Shown: piece after piece, positions 28,064 to 37,572 of the stretch
Numbering within the stretch: the first letter of the stretch is position 1
How the letters are laid out: each line of letters begins with the position of its first letter
Assembly: GCA_039208735.1 (NCBI GenBank)
Contig: JBCCQY010000012.1
Span: forward strand, 30,336 to 94,335
Origin: Myxococcota bacterium
GTDB lineage: Bacteria > Myxococcota_A > UBA796 > GCA-2862545
Reading direction: 5' to 3'
DNA: 64,000 nucleotides
Notes under the pieces: generated by a model
Told to the model about the DNA's origin: nothing
The model's input: the letters and a program-made list of their open reading frames with translations, nothing else
Databases searched by the model: none
Made by a program: the position numbers and the translations under genes

Positions 28064-29034
28064 AGGCGAGAGGACTCTGGGTCGTCGGTGAAGGCCAGGC
28101 GGAGTTTCGCGAAGAGGAGCTGCCCGAACCGGCGGACGACGAGGTGTTAGTTCGCACGCGGTTTAGCGGCATCAGTCGGGGCACCGAGTCCCTTGTGGTC
28201 GGCGGTCGGGTGCCTGAAGCCTTGTGGTCCACGATGCGAGCGCCGTTCCAGGCAGGCGCGTTTCCCTGGCCCGTGAAGTACGGCTACTGCAACGTGGGCG
28301 TTGTGGAGGCGGGCGCATGGCCCGTGGGCACCGAGGGTTTTGCGTTGGTGCCCCACCAGGACCGCTACGTCGTGCCGGCCACGGCGTTTCAGCCCCTGCC
28401 GGCTGGCTTGCCGGCTGAACGGGCCATCCTTGCAGCAAACCTTGAAACCGCCTTGAACGTCGTCTGGGACGGTCGGATCGGACCTGCCGATCGCGTGTCG
28501 GTGGTTGGCGCGGGGGTCGTGGGCTCGCTCGTGGCCTGGCTTGCCGGACGGATCCCCGGCACCGACGTGCAGCTCATCGACCTTCGAGCCGAGCGCTCCG
28601 GGATCGCAGATGCACTGGGAGTGAGGTTTACACTGCCCGAATCGGCGAGTTTAGATCGCGATGTTGTGGTGGAAGCGAGCGGCGCCGCGGGTGGACTGAC
28701 CACCGCACTTGCCTTGGCAGGGGTCGAGGCCGTGATCGTGGTCGCGAGTTGGTACGGCGCGGGGCCGATCGGGGTGCCGCTCGGCGAGGCGTTTCACAGT
28801 CGACGCCTGACGCTTCGGTCGAGCCAGGTGGGGGCGGTTCCTCCCGAGCGTGCCCCTCGGTTCGACTTCCGCCGACGGCTTGGCGCAGCGTTGGCACTGT
28901 TGGCCGAGGCTCCCGAACTCGACGCCCTCATCGACGGAGAAAGCGAGTTCGGCACGCTCCACATCGATCTACCGAAGATCGCGCGATCGGGTGGCGGATC
29001 GTTATGCCACCGGATTCGGTACCCCCATTCATGA
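28060..29034 (+). CDS. MDR (zinc-type) alcohol dehydrogenase
   Basis: SGISRGTE, KYGY, GAGVVG, SWYG, SSQVG. Confidence 0.88.
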   Translation: MKARGLWVVGEGQAEFREEELPEPADDEVLVRTRFSGISRGTESLVVGGRVPEALWSTMRAPFQAGAFPWPVKYGYCNVGVVEAGAWPVGTEGFALVPHQDRYVVPATAFQPLPAGLPAERAILAANLETALNVVWDGRIGPADRVSVVGAGVVGSLVAWLAGRIPGTDVQLIDLRAERSGIADALGVRFTLPESASLDRDVVVEASGAAGGLTTALALAGVEAVIVVASWYGAGPIGVPLGEAFHSRRLTLRSSQVGAVPPERAPRFDFRRRLGAALALLAEAPELDALIDGESEFGTLHIDLPKIARSGGGSLCHRIRYPHS

Positions 29035-29041
29035 GGTCGGG

Positions 29042-29440
29042 ATGTACAGCGTCACCGTTCGCGATCGCGTCATGATCGCCCACTCGTTCCAAGGTGAGAT
29101 CTTTGGGCCTGCCCAGCGCTCCCACGGCGCAACCTATGTGGTTGATGCGGAGTTTCGAAGAGCCAAGCTTGACTCTGATGGGCTGGTCATCGACATCGGG
29201 CTGGCCCACCGGCTGCTCGCCGCGGTCCTTGAACCTTGGGCCTACCGCGACCTCGATGAACTGCCAGAGTTCAAGGGGATCAACACCACGACGGAGTACC
29301 TTGCGGGCGAAGTGACCCGTCGGCTCACCGAGGCGCTGCCGCCCGAACTGCGGGGACCCGAGGGGCTTGCGAGCCTGGCGGTGACCCTGAAGGAATCGGA
29401 TGTCGCTTGGGCGCGGCACGTTGTTGAACTCGCGGGCTGA
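29042..29440 (+). CDS. PTPS/QueD-family (COG0720) paralog
   Basis: MIAHSF, FGPAQRSHGATY, NTTTEYLA, LKES; lacks the QueD CxxxHGH cysteine. Confidence 0.88.
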   Translation: MYSVTVRDRVMIAHSFQGEIFGPAQRSHGATYVVDAEFRRAKLDSDGLVIDIGLAHRLLAAVLEPWAYRDLDELPEFKGINTTTEYLAGEVTRRLTEALPPELRGPEGLASLAVTLKESDVAWARHVVELAG

Positions 29441-30320
29441 CGTCCTTCGGTGGCTCGTTCCAGGGCTCGTGACGGCGGGTCTGCTCTTCGCCGTGAGCCG
29501 GGCTGTGGATCGGGCCGAACTCGTTCGACATCTCGGCTTGGTGCCGGGGTGGACGGTGCTCGCAGCGGCAGCGCTGGTGCCGGTGCAGGTGGGCTTGGCC
29601 GCCATTCGATGGCGTGCCACCAACGCACACTTGGGTCTGCAGCTGTCCAGCGGGGAGGCGTTCGCCGAAACGGGTCTGGCGACCTTGTTGAACCAGTTGC
29701 TGCCCTCGGGGATCGCCGGGGAAGTGGTTCGCGTATGGCGGCAACGACGTCCCGACCGGTCTACGGCACAGGTTGTGGGCGCCGCGGTCGCCGATCGAGG
29801 GCTTGGTCTCGCCACATTCGTCGTGGTGCTTCTGGTGAGCCTGTTGCTGTGGCCAGTCATCCATTCTGGCATTCCTCCAATGGTTTCACTGGGGGCGGCG
29901 GGGCTGTTGGTCGTTGGCGGAGCGGGGGTGATGAGGGTGTCCGAGGACTGGGCCTGGGTGGGGCCAAGCGCGCAGGCTGCCCGGGAGGCCGTCCTTGGCG
30001 AGCGGCGGGGGGTGCTCGTCCTCACGTCAGTGGGCTTTCTGGCCGCGATCTTCCTGCAAGCGGCTGGCTGTGCGCTCGCCTTGGGCTTGCCGGTAGGGTT
30101 CGGATTTCTCACCGTGTTGCCGTGGTACCTCCTGTCGATGCTCATTCCCTTGTCGGTCGGCGGATGGGGACCCAAGGAGGTCGCTGCGTTGGGACTCTTC
30201 CCTCTTGTGGGCTGGGGGCCCGAGGCGGCGACGGCCTTCTCGACGATGTTTGGTCTCACGACGTTGGTCGGGTCGATCCCGTTTGCGTTGGGCGGGCTCG
30301 TCCGTCGGACCCCGTCATGA
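29400..30320 (+). CDS. LPG-synthase TM / flippase-like membrane protein (start uncertain)
   Basis: RWR, NQLLPSGIAGEVVR, ADRGLG, PLSVGGWGPKE. Confidence 0.85.
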   Translation: MSLGRGTLLNSRADVLRWLVPGLVTAGLLFAVSRAVDRAELVRHLGLVPGWTVLAAAALVPVQVGLAAIRWRATNAHLGLQLSSGEAFAETGLATLLNQLLPSGIAGEVVRVWRQRRPDRSTAQVVGAAVADRGLGLATFVVVLLVSLLLWPVIHSGIPPMVSLGAAGLLVVGGAGVMRVSEDWAWVGPSAQAAREAVLGERRGVLVLTSVGFLAAIFLQAAGCALALGLPVGFGFLTVLPWYLLSMLIPLSVGGWGPKEVAALGLFPLVGWGPEAATAFSTMFGLTTLVGSIPFALGGLVRRTPS

Positions 30321-31282
30321 TTCATCTGCTGTCACCTGGATCCTCGGACCAACGGACCGGTGGTTACCGCTACAACGCCCGCCTGGTGGCGGAGTGGCGT
30401 GCCCTGGGTCGTGCGGTGGCGGTCCACGAGTTGCCAGGGCGGTGGCCGTTCCCTCGCGAAGAGGCGCTGGAGAGGGCGGCCGCGGTGGTGGCAGGTCTCA
30501 CAGGAGTGGTGTTGGCAGACGGCTTGTTGTGGACGGCACTGGCGCCACGTGTCGACCGCCCGGTCATCGTGCTCATTCATAGTCCCTTGTGGCGGGAACA
30601 CGGGCTTGCGGCCAAGGCGCGTGAAGAGATCGCATTGCGGCGAGCCCACGCCGTGGTGTGCACCAGTTCTCGCATTGCCCAGGACCTTCACCTCGAGACT
30701 CCCCCGACGGTGGTGGAACCAGGCACAGACCCCGCAGCGGTCGCGGACCGGCCGGGCACCGGTGCGTTGTTGTGCGTCGCCAACGTGGTGCCGCGAAAGG
30801 GCCACGATGTGTTGATCGAGGCGGTGCGACGCATGGATGGCGCGGTGACCCTGCGATGCGCCGGAGCGCTTGATCGGGATTCCGACTACGCGGCGGGGGT
30901 GATGAAAGCCGCTTTGGGCTTGCCTGTGACGTGGTTGGGCTCCTTGGACGACGCGGCGCTGGATGCGGCGTACGCACAGAGTGACGTGCTGGTGTCCGCC
31001 GCGCGGTACGAGGGATTCGGCATGGCGATCGCCGAAGCGTGGGCGCGAGGATTGCCGGTGATCAGCCCGCCGGCTGGCGTCTTCGATGGTGTTGGGGCGG
31101 GATGCGGTGGGGTACGGGTGGTCCCCCCCGACGATCCCGAGGCCTTGGCTCATGCGATCACGCTCGTGATCAAAGATTCCCGGCTTGCCGAGCAACTTTC
31201 GAAGGAGGCTCGAGCAATCCCGTTGCCCTCCTGGTCGACCCAGGCCAAGGCCTGGCTGACGCATCTCGGAGGATTCGCGTGA
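30317..31282 (+). CDS. Glycosyltransferase family 4
   Basis: TGGYRYN, PRKGHD, EGFGMAIAEA; ATGA overlap at the start. Confidence 0.92.
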   Translation: MIHLLSPGSSDQRTGGYRYNARLVAEWRALGRAVAVHELPGRWPFPREEALERAAAVVAGLTGVVLADGLLWTALAPRVDRPVIVLIHSPLWREHGLAAKAREEIALRRAHAVVCTSSRIAQDLHLETPPTVVEPGTDPAAVADRPGTGALLCVANVVPRKGHDVLIEAVRRMDGAVTLRCAGALDRDSDYAAGVMKAALGLPVTWLGSLDDAALDAAYAQSDVLVSAARYEGFGMAIAEAWARGLPVISPPAGVFDGVGAGCGGVRVVPPDDPEALAHAITLVIKDSRLAEQLSKEARAIPLPSWSTQAKAWLTHLGGFA

Positions 31283-32046
31283 GCTTCTCGACCGACTGGC
31301 TGCGGATGCGCGAGCCGTTTGACCACCGTGCCCGAGCGGATCTGGCTTCCGAGTTCGAGGCTTCGCTGCTCGGGGCTGCGCCGTGGCGGCTCTTGGAGCT
31401 GGGAGGGGGCACGGGCTCCGGGATCCGCTGGCTCAACCCTCGAATGGCTGATGCCGTGGAGTGGTCGCTCCTCGATCATGACTCCAATCTGTTGATGGAG
31501 GTCGAGGGGGCTCACATCATCCAAGGCGATGTACGCGACGTCACTGCGTGGCCCGATCGCCTCGATGGCATTCAGGTTCAGGCTCTGCTCGATCTGACCG
31601 ATCTCGACTTTTTGGTGAAGCTCGCGGACGAGGTGGCTGCGCGTTCGATCCCCATTTTGGCTGCGTTGTCGGTTGATGGCCGGGTTCGTTGGCTACCCAA
31701 GCATCCCGATGATGAGGCCATCCAGGCTGCCTTTCGAGTGCATCAGCTTGGCGATCGAGGGTTCGGGACTTCGGTGGGTCCCTATGCAGCTCCGATCTTC
31801 GCGGACCTCCTTCGGGTGCGGGGATTTGAGGTCTCCGTGCAGCCGGCGGATTGGGTGATCGGACCTCAAGATCGGGAGATGCTCGAGGCGATGGTCGAGA
31901 GCACGGCCCAGGCCGCCCAACAAATCGACCCTCGAGGCGTGGATGCGGCCCTGTGGGCACGAGATCGGCTCGATGACATCGCCCTTGGCCGACTCACTCT
32001 GCGGGTCGGGCACTTGGACGTCTTGGGTTGCCCAGAGCGGACGTGA
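31279..32046 (+). CDS. Class I SAM-dependent methyltransferase-like protein
   Basis: FSTDWLRMREPFD, LELGGGTGS, ALLDL, GHLDVL; GTGA overlap. Confidence 0.85.
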   Translation: MSFSTDWLRMREPFDHRARADLASEFEASLLGAAPWRLLELGGGTGSGIRWLNPRMADAVEWSLLDHDSNLLMEVEGAHIIQGDVRDVTAWPDRLDGIQVQALLDLTDLDFLVKLADEVAARSIPILAALSVDGRVRWLPKHPDDEAIQAAFRVHQLGDRGFGTSVGPYAAPIFADLLRVRGFEVSVQPADWVIGPQDREMLEAMVESTAQAAQQIDPRGVDAALWARDRLDDIALGRLTLRVGHLDVLGCPERT

Positions 32047-33628
32047 TGCGCTCGAAGAGATCGCGATGGTGCAGTCCGGGGGGCGTGCGAGGCCCTGGGT
32101 CGAGGCCCGGTTCGAACCCATCGGCAAGGAACGGTTCAAGCCAGGCCGGATCGGTCGCCAAGACGTGCACCACAGCGTTTCGGGGCGCGCCGTCGGCGAT
32201 GAACGGGGGCTGATGGTCGCCGTACCACAACATCAGCGTGGGGCGCCGGGGGGTGGCGAAGGCTCGGGACAGCACCTGGAGGTCGTAGGCGACGAGGCCT
32301 TGGAACGCTTCGCGGTCTGCTCCATGGCGATCCCTTAGGGCGCGTCGTCGGCTTTTGAAGCGGGAGAGCTCCATGCCGAGCATGAAGAACGGGCGACGGT
32401 CGCGTTGAACGTAGTCTCGCTCTCCGGTTTCGGTCAGCCATTCTCTGGCATCCTCGTAGATCGCAGGCGGTTCGCCCCAGGGGTAGTGGGCCGTGGCGAG
32501 GTGAAAGAAGGCGAACACGGGCCCGCTCATGGGCCTGATGACGGTCTGTTCGGTCACATCCACGGTGTACTGGTCGGGAATGTGGCCCCAACCCACGGCG
32601 GGGCCCGTGTACGCAAGCTCGTCGTGAAACACGGTCGTCGTGAATCCGAAGTGATTCACGAGACGCACCCCCGGGCGCGCCCGGTCCTTCGGACGCACCA
32701 ACACCGTCTCGTACCCCTGCTCTGCGAAGAATCGCGGCAATGAAGGCAGGGTCCTGCCCAGCGCCGTCACGTGACCGAAGGTGGCCTGACGATCGACCTC
32801 GATGCCGGTGAGGACGGTCGCATCAGCCATCCACGAACGGCCCCCGTGGGTCGGTGCGACGCTTCGTCCCGATGCCATCGACCAGCCACCGGCGACCAGC
32901 GTGGACTCGAGTTCCTTGAGGAGCGCTCGGTGCCTGTCGCCCGTGGGGGCTTCGAGTGCCACGTCCCCGTAGCTTTCAATGACGAACAAGCGGACGTCGG
33001 GGCGAACGTCCACCGAACGGTCGGCGAGGTCTTCGCGGGCCGTGACCTGGGATTGGACTTGCCGGTACAGGGCGACGGATTCGGTGAGATCGGCCACGAT
33101 TCGAGGCGTCCAAAAGCCCGAGCCGAAGAGTCCCACGACCACGGCAATGCTTGCGATGAACGCACTGGCGCGACTCGTCGAGGGCTGGGGCAGCCGCGGC
33201 CAAGCCCATCCCGTCAGCAGCGTCAAAAGGAGCCCGATGGTGAGGGTCAGGCCAAAGAGGGTCCACGGAGCCCATGCGCCGTAGAGGTCGGAGGCAAAGA
33301 CCCAAACCGGCCGGGTGAGCAACAGCAAATCGTACAAGGGTAGTCGTTCTTGGGTGGCCACAAGGGACGCCGTCCATGCCACGCCAAAGAGGGCGAAGGT
33401 GGCCCACGCCAGGACCAGACCCATCCGCAGCCCCGGTGCGGAGGCCCAGCTGGGGCGAACCGTGGTCAAGCCGAGCCACGCGAGGATCACCAAACCCAAG
33501 TCCGGGACCCCCCACAGCGCCAACGTGGGGTCATGTACGGCAAAGATGGCCGCGGGACCCCAAGCCAGCGCGACGGTGATCAGGCTCGCCTGAAAGAGGT
33601 CCCTGCGGGACGGTGACGCAAACGACAT
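31994..33628 (-). CDS. Membrane sulfatase-like (LtaS/MdoB-fold) protein
   Basis: N-terminal TMs, FVIESYG, PTHGGRSW, HYPW, GDHQP. Confidence 0.8.
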   Translation of the reverse strand: MSFASPSRRDLFQASLITVALAWGPAAIFAVHDPTLALWGVPDLGLVILAWLGLTTVRPSWASAPGLRMGLVLAWATFALFGVAWTASLVATQERLPLYDLLLLTRPVWVFASDLYGAWAPWTLFGLTLTIGLLLTLLTGWAWPRLPQPSTSRASAFIASIAVVVGLFGSGFWTPRIVADLTESVALYRQVQSQVTAREDLADRSVDVRPDVRLFVIESYGDVALEAPTGDRHRALLKELESTLVAGGWSMASGRSVAPTHGGRSWMADATVLTGIEVDRQATFGHVTALGRTLPSLPRFFAEQGYETVLVRPKDRARPGVRLVNHFGFTTTVFHDELAYTGPAVGWGHIPDQYTVDVTEQTVIRPMSGPVFAFFHLATAHYPWGEPPAIYEDAREWLTETGERDYVQRDRRPFFMLGMELSRFKSRRRALRDRHGADREAFQGLVAYDLQVLSRAFATPRRPTLMLWYGDHQPPFIADGAPRNAVVHVLATDPAWLEPFLADGFEPGLDPGPRTPPGLHHRDLFERITSALGNPRRPSARPAE

Positions 33629-33792
33629 GAAGCGGAGGAATAACGCCGGGTGCTCAACACGTCGTCTGGATCAGGGCTCCCACCGCCACGCGCGGAGGGG
33701 ACATAATGACTCCGGATTGGTTGGCTTTCTGCATGTGTTTCGGCGGTGGGCTCAATCTTCTCTTCGAGGTTTCGAAACAGCAAGGAGGGCCG

Positions 33793-34563
33793 ATGGATCA
33801 GCCTGATGGCTTTGTTGACCGCTTCGGACCTCGAGCCACGGCTTATGCGCGGTACCGGCCGTCCTATCCTGCCGCTCTGTTTGAGATGATTGCCGATTTG
33901 GCGCCCACACGCGACCGATGCTGGGATTGTGCAACGGGGAACGGCCAGGCAGCTACCTCATTAGCCCAGCATTTTGTTCAGGTGGTGGCCACGGATCGCA
34001 GTGAAGCACAACTTGCGAATGCGGTGAGTGGCCATGGCGTGACCTACCGTCGAGAGGCGGCGGAAGCGACCAGTCTTCCCGACGCCAGTGTCGATGCCAT
34101 CACGGTCGCATCTGCGCTGCATTGGCTGGATCGATCCTCGTTTTATGCCGAAGTGAGTCGGGTGGCCGTCCCTGGGGCGGTGATCGCGGTGTGGACGTAC
34201 TCCACTCGGGTGGATGTCTCGCCCGAGGTGGATGCGTTGTTGCGTCGCGTCGCGGTTGAGATCCTTGGGCCTTACTGGTCTGAGTCGTGGCACGACGTCG
34301 AGACGGGCTATCGCGACGTTCCGTTTCCGTTTGCTCCGCTCGATGCGCCGAAGTTCGATCTGCGCATGACGTGGACCCTCGACGACCTGCTCGGTTTCGT
34401 CAATACGTGGTCTGCGGCCATTCGCTTCCATCAAGAACGCGGGTCGTTTGCCACAGAGCCTCTCGAAGGCGAACTACGAGGCGCCTGGGGGCCTGCCGAG
34501 GCCCGACAAGCGATCATTCCTCTTCATCTGCGGATGGGACGAGTGGCACGCCCGGCAGGGTGA
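33793..34563 (+). CDS. Class I SAM-dependent methyltransferase
   Basis: AGGAGG RBS; YARYRPSYP, WDCATGNGQ, ALHW. Confidence 0.9.
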   Translation: MDQPDGFVDRFGPRATAYARYRPSYPAALFEMIADLAPTRDRCWDCATGNGQAATSLAQHFVQVVATDRSEAQLANAVSGHGVTYRREAAEATSLPDASVDAITVASALHWLDRSSFYAEVSRVAVPGAVIAVWTYSTRVDVSPEVDALLRRVAVEILGPYWSESWHDVETGYRDVPFPFAPLDAPKFDLRMTWTLDDLLGFVNTWSAAIRFHQERGSFATEPLEGELRGAWGPAEARQAIIPLHLRMGRVARPAG

Positions 34564-36160
34564 CCCGGAACGTCGAACCTTGCTGCGGGTAGCTCGAAAC
34601 GTGGATCGACCCCCCAAGCTGCTCGATGAGGTGCCGCGTGATGGTCAAGCCTAGCCCTGTGCCTCCGTATCGCCGCGACGTCGAACCATCGGCTTGAGTA
34701 AACGGGGCGAAGACCCGAGAAAGTTCGTCTTGGGTCATTCCAATGCCGCTGTCCTCGACCTCGAATTCAAACTGCCCGGGCTTGTGAGAGCGGGTCGCGC
34801 GAACCGTGATCCAGCCCTCGTGCGTGAATTTGATGGCATTGCCGAGCAGGTTGATGAGAACGCGCCGAAGGGCGTCCGGATCCGTTTGCACCGTGGTGAG
34901 TTGGTCGACGAACACCTGCATCCGGTTGTTCCGCTTGGCGCAGAGTGGGGCAAGCTCGGCTTCGACAGAGCGGATCATCCCTTCGATGTCGAGCGGCTGA
35001 ATATGGAAGATCACTCTGCCTGATTCCACCTTTGACAGGTCCAGGATGTCGTTGATCAAGTGGAGCAGGTTGCGCCCTGAATTCAGGATGCGGTCCAAAT
35101 CTTCGAGGGCGGTAGGAGGGCCCTGAAGTTCGTCTCGGAGCAGCTCGGCGTACCCAATGATGGCGTTGAGGGGCGTGCGAAGCTCGTGGCTCATCGTAGC
35201 CAAGAACTCACTTTTTGTTCGATTCGCGACCAACGCCTGGTCGTGGGCGCCCGCGAGTTCTTGGTTGAGTTCTTCGAGCCGTTCGATGGCGAGCTGTTGC
35301 TCGGTGACGTCGTGAAACAGTAGGATCGTGCTGGATTCTTGGCTCTGTTGACAGCGTACTTCGAGCACATGGTCGTCGCGCCGCACGTTCTCCACGTTGG
35401 ACTGCTCAGGCTTGGTCTTCTCAAGGAGCTCGAGCACCTCAGGGGCGTCCGCAAAGCCCTCGGCCACCGATACCCCATGCTCGACGCGTTCGAATTGCTC
35501 GAGCGCAGCCCCTTGCGCCAGACTGATTTGGCCTGTGGCGTCAACGGCGACCAAGGCAATCGGGAGCCCAGCGAGGACCATCTGCAATCGCTCGGCCATG
35601 CCCGAGAGGTGGGTCTGAGCCCGCACCCGCGCATTGCGGTCATGGATCTGGCCGTAGACCACGCCGGTCAGTCGGCACACGAACCGCAGGACATAGATGT
35701 GGGCCTCGTTGAACGCATCGGGTTCACGGGAGGCCAGACCGAGCACCGCGATGCTTTCGCCCCGCCAGACCACGGGCATATAGAGGCGAGATCGGATGCA
35801 AAAGCTCCGTCGGCTACTTTGAGATTGACCTTTTTCGTCTCGAGCCGTATCGGGCACGTGCAACATCTGCTGCGAACGGAACACGGCGCCAGGGTGACGA
35901 TACCAGGCGGTCCGCTCGGCGTCGCGTCGCTCGTCATCGCTGAAACCCCGAGCGAACAACAGGCGCATGCGTTCCTGGTTGGCATCCCAGAAGTAGAGGC
36001 CCGAGTGCTGCACTTCGATGAGTCGGTCGATGGTTCGTTCAACCTGAACGGCGACCGTCTCGAGGTCTTGAGCCGCCGAGAAGGCGCCGACTACCTCGGT
36101 TAGTAGGTCGATGACATCGAGGAGGCCTTCATCGGGCGCGATGGTTGGAGACCCTGCCAT
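34514..36160 (-). CDS. Cytoplasmic GAF-PAS histidine kinase
   Basis: GAF and PAS-like regions; SHELRTPLNAI, NAIKFT, DSGIGM, GGTGLGL. Confidence 0.93.
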   Translation of the reverse strand: MAGSPTIAPDEGLLDVIDLLTEVVGAFSAAQDLETVAVQVERTIDRLIEVQHSGLYFWDANQERMRLLFARGFSDDERRDAERTAWYRHPGAVFRSQQMLHVPDTARDEKGQSQSSRRSFCIRSRLYMPVVWRGESIAVLGLASREPDAFNEAHIYVLRFVCRLTGVVYGQIHDRNARVRAQTHLSGMAERLQMVLAGLPIALVAVDATGQISLAQGAALEQFERVEHGVSVAEGFADAPEVLELLEKTKPEQSNVENVRRDDHVLEVRCQQSQESSTILLFHDVTEQQLAIERLEELNQELAGAHDQALVANRTKSEFLATMSHELRTPLNAIIGYAELLRDELQGPPTALEDLDRILNSGRNLLHLINDILDLSKVESGRVIFHIQPLDIEGMIRSVEAELAPLCAKRNNRMQVFVDQLTTVQTDPDALRRVLINLLGNAIKFTHEGWITVRATRSHKPGQFEFEVEDSGIGMTQDELSRVFAPFTQADGSTSRRYGGTGLGLTITRHLIEQLGGSIHVSSYPQQGSTFRVTLPGVPLVPSADEEE

Positions 36161-36168
36161 CGCCGCGT

Positions 36169-36600
36169 TCAGGCGACGGGTTCAAGGACGCTCAGCGCTG
36201 CCTTGGCACAGGCTTCGTCTTGGGCGTAGTGGCCTCCACTCACCCCAATCGCTCCAACGAGCACGTTGGCGACCCGAATCGGCAGGCCGCCCCCGAGCAA
36301 GATGAAGTCGTCGAGTTGGCCTGCGCCATTCATGAGAATGGGATCGTCCTTGATGAAGTCGTGCCAGGCTTGCCCGGTCGGAATGCCGAACCCCACCGCG
36401 GTAAGCGCCTTCTTCCGCGAGGCTCCCACCGCGATGAGCGCTGCGTGGTCCATGCGCGAGAAGGCTTTCAGGATGCCGCTTTCATCGACGACCGTTGTAG
36501 CAATGGCGAGGCCTGTCGTGCGGGCATGCGCTTCGGCAGCTTCGATGAGGCGTTGGGCGAGTTCAAGGGAGATCGTGGGGCGGTGGATGGTCGGGTTCAT
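36169..36600 (-). CDS. GlcG/HbpS family heme-binding protein
   Basis: VVDESG, KKALTA, GGGLPI, GAIGVSGG...QDEACA. Confidence 0.9.
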   Translation of the reverse strand: MNPTIHRPTISLELAQRLIEAAEAHARTTGLAIATTVVDESGILKAFSRMDHAALIAVGASRKKALTAVGFGIPTGQAWHDFIKDDPILMNGAGQLDDFILLGGGLPIRVANVLVGAIGVSGGHYAQDEACAKAALSVLEPVA

Positions 36601-36676
36601 GGGCGCTCCAGATCCTCCATCGGTTCCCCTGTGGGGGGCTGAAGCCGCGCGAGAAACCACCCTGTCTAAACCACCA

Positions 36677-37570
36677 TCACGCTGGAATTTCACCGCATAC
36701 CGTGCAGCGACGAGTGTTGGGCGAAAGCGACTGACTGGCCGCCTGACACCCGGGATGGAGCACCCGCCCACACCCGTACTGGCAGTCTTGTTTCTGATCG
36801 ACGGTGACGGGCAGCTGGCATACCGCACAGGCCCAGGTGCGCGCGGCCTTGGCGTCATGGGCCTGTTGGGGGGACAAATCGGGCAAAGACTCAACTGGCT
36901 CATGCCAGGCCATCCAGCCGATGAGCAAGCCGGAAAGGACCCCCGCGGCGGCGGCAAGAAAGCCCACGCCCCGGAACCCCCAGGTAAGGTCGGCGCCGAG
37001 ACTCCCCAACGCGGCGAGACCGGCGAGCGGAAGCCCGATGGCGGCTGCGAGGCCCAGCACGCGCCACGCGCTGCCGGGGGGACCCAGGACTCGGCGCGCC
37101 AGGCCTGTCGAAAGCAGGCCAATGCCCAATGCTCCCAGGCCTTGGGTAAGGGTGCTCCGCGACGCCGAAACCGCGATGCCGTCCGCGACCGCAAAGGCGA
37201 GCAAGCCTAAGGCGGAAAGGCCGATGCCTACTCCGTCGCGCCATTTCGGTCGTGAGGTGGATTCTCGATAGCGCGCGGGTCGCTCGACAATGCCCGAATT
37301 TCCTGGGGGTTCGGGTAGCAGATGCAGCAGCTCGTGGTCTACGATGCCGAGGCTTGCCAGCTTCTCGTCAGGCAGGAGGAGTCGTCCCCGTGCGCGCAAG
37401 TAGAAGGTGCGTCGCCGGCCGTCTGGCCAAAAGGCTTCAAGCCCCGCGTCGCGAGCCACCCGCGTGGTGAGGTCCCGAACCGTCAGGTAGGCGGGAATCG
37501 TCACCGAAAGCCGGAACGGCTCGGCGTCGATCACCTGCACATGGACGGGAATGCTGCGGGCGTCTGACAT
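36677..37570 (-). CDS. Ubiquitin-like (YukD/EsaB-type) domain + 4 TM + C4HC3 zinc finger protein
   Basis: N-terminal beta-grasp pattern (TVRDL...GRLL..DEKLASLGI...LHLLPE), four hydrophobic segments, C-x2-C-x11-C-x3-C-x4-H-x2-C-x13-C-x2-C. Confidence 0.7.
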   Translation of the reverse strand: MSDARSIPVHVQVIDAEPFRLSVTIPAYLTVRDLTTRVARDAGLEAFWPDGRRRTFYLRARGRLLLPDEKLASLGIVDHELLHLLPEPPGNSGIVERPARYRESTSRPKWRDGVGIGLSALGLLAFAVADGIAVSASRSTLTQGLGALGIGLLSTGLARRVLGPPGSAWRVLGLAAAIGLPLAGLAALGSLGADLTWGFRGVGFLAAAAGVLSGLLIGWMAWHEPVESLPDLSPQQAHDAKAARTWACAVCQLPVTVDQKQDCQYGCGRVLHPGCQAASQSLSPNTRRCTVCGEIPA

Positions 37571-37572
37571 CG

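Noticed and set aside
29042..29440. queD of queuosine synthesis
   Set aside because: Lacks the catalytic Cys motif and has no queC/E/F neighbours.
34514..36600. GlcG and GAF kinase as CIS components
   Set aside because: Co-directional and only 76 bp downstream, but both are common stand-alone families; no sequence evidence of a functional link.
36677..37570. Complete ubiquitin conjugation operon
   Set aside because: No E1, E2 or JAB genes in the window, and the Ubl domain has no free di-glycine terminus.
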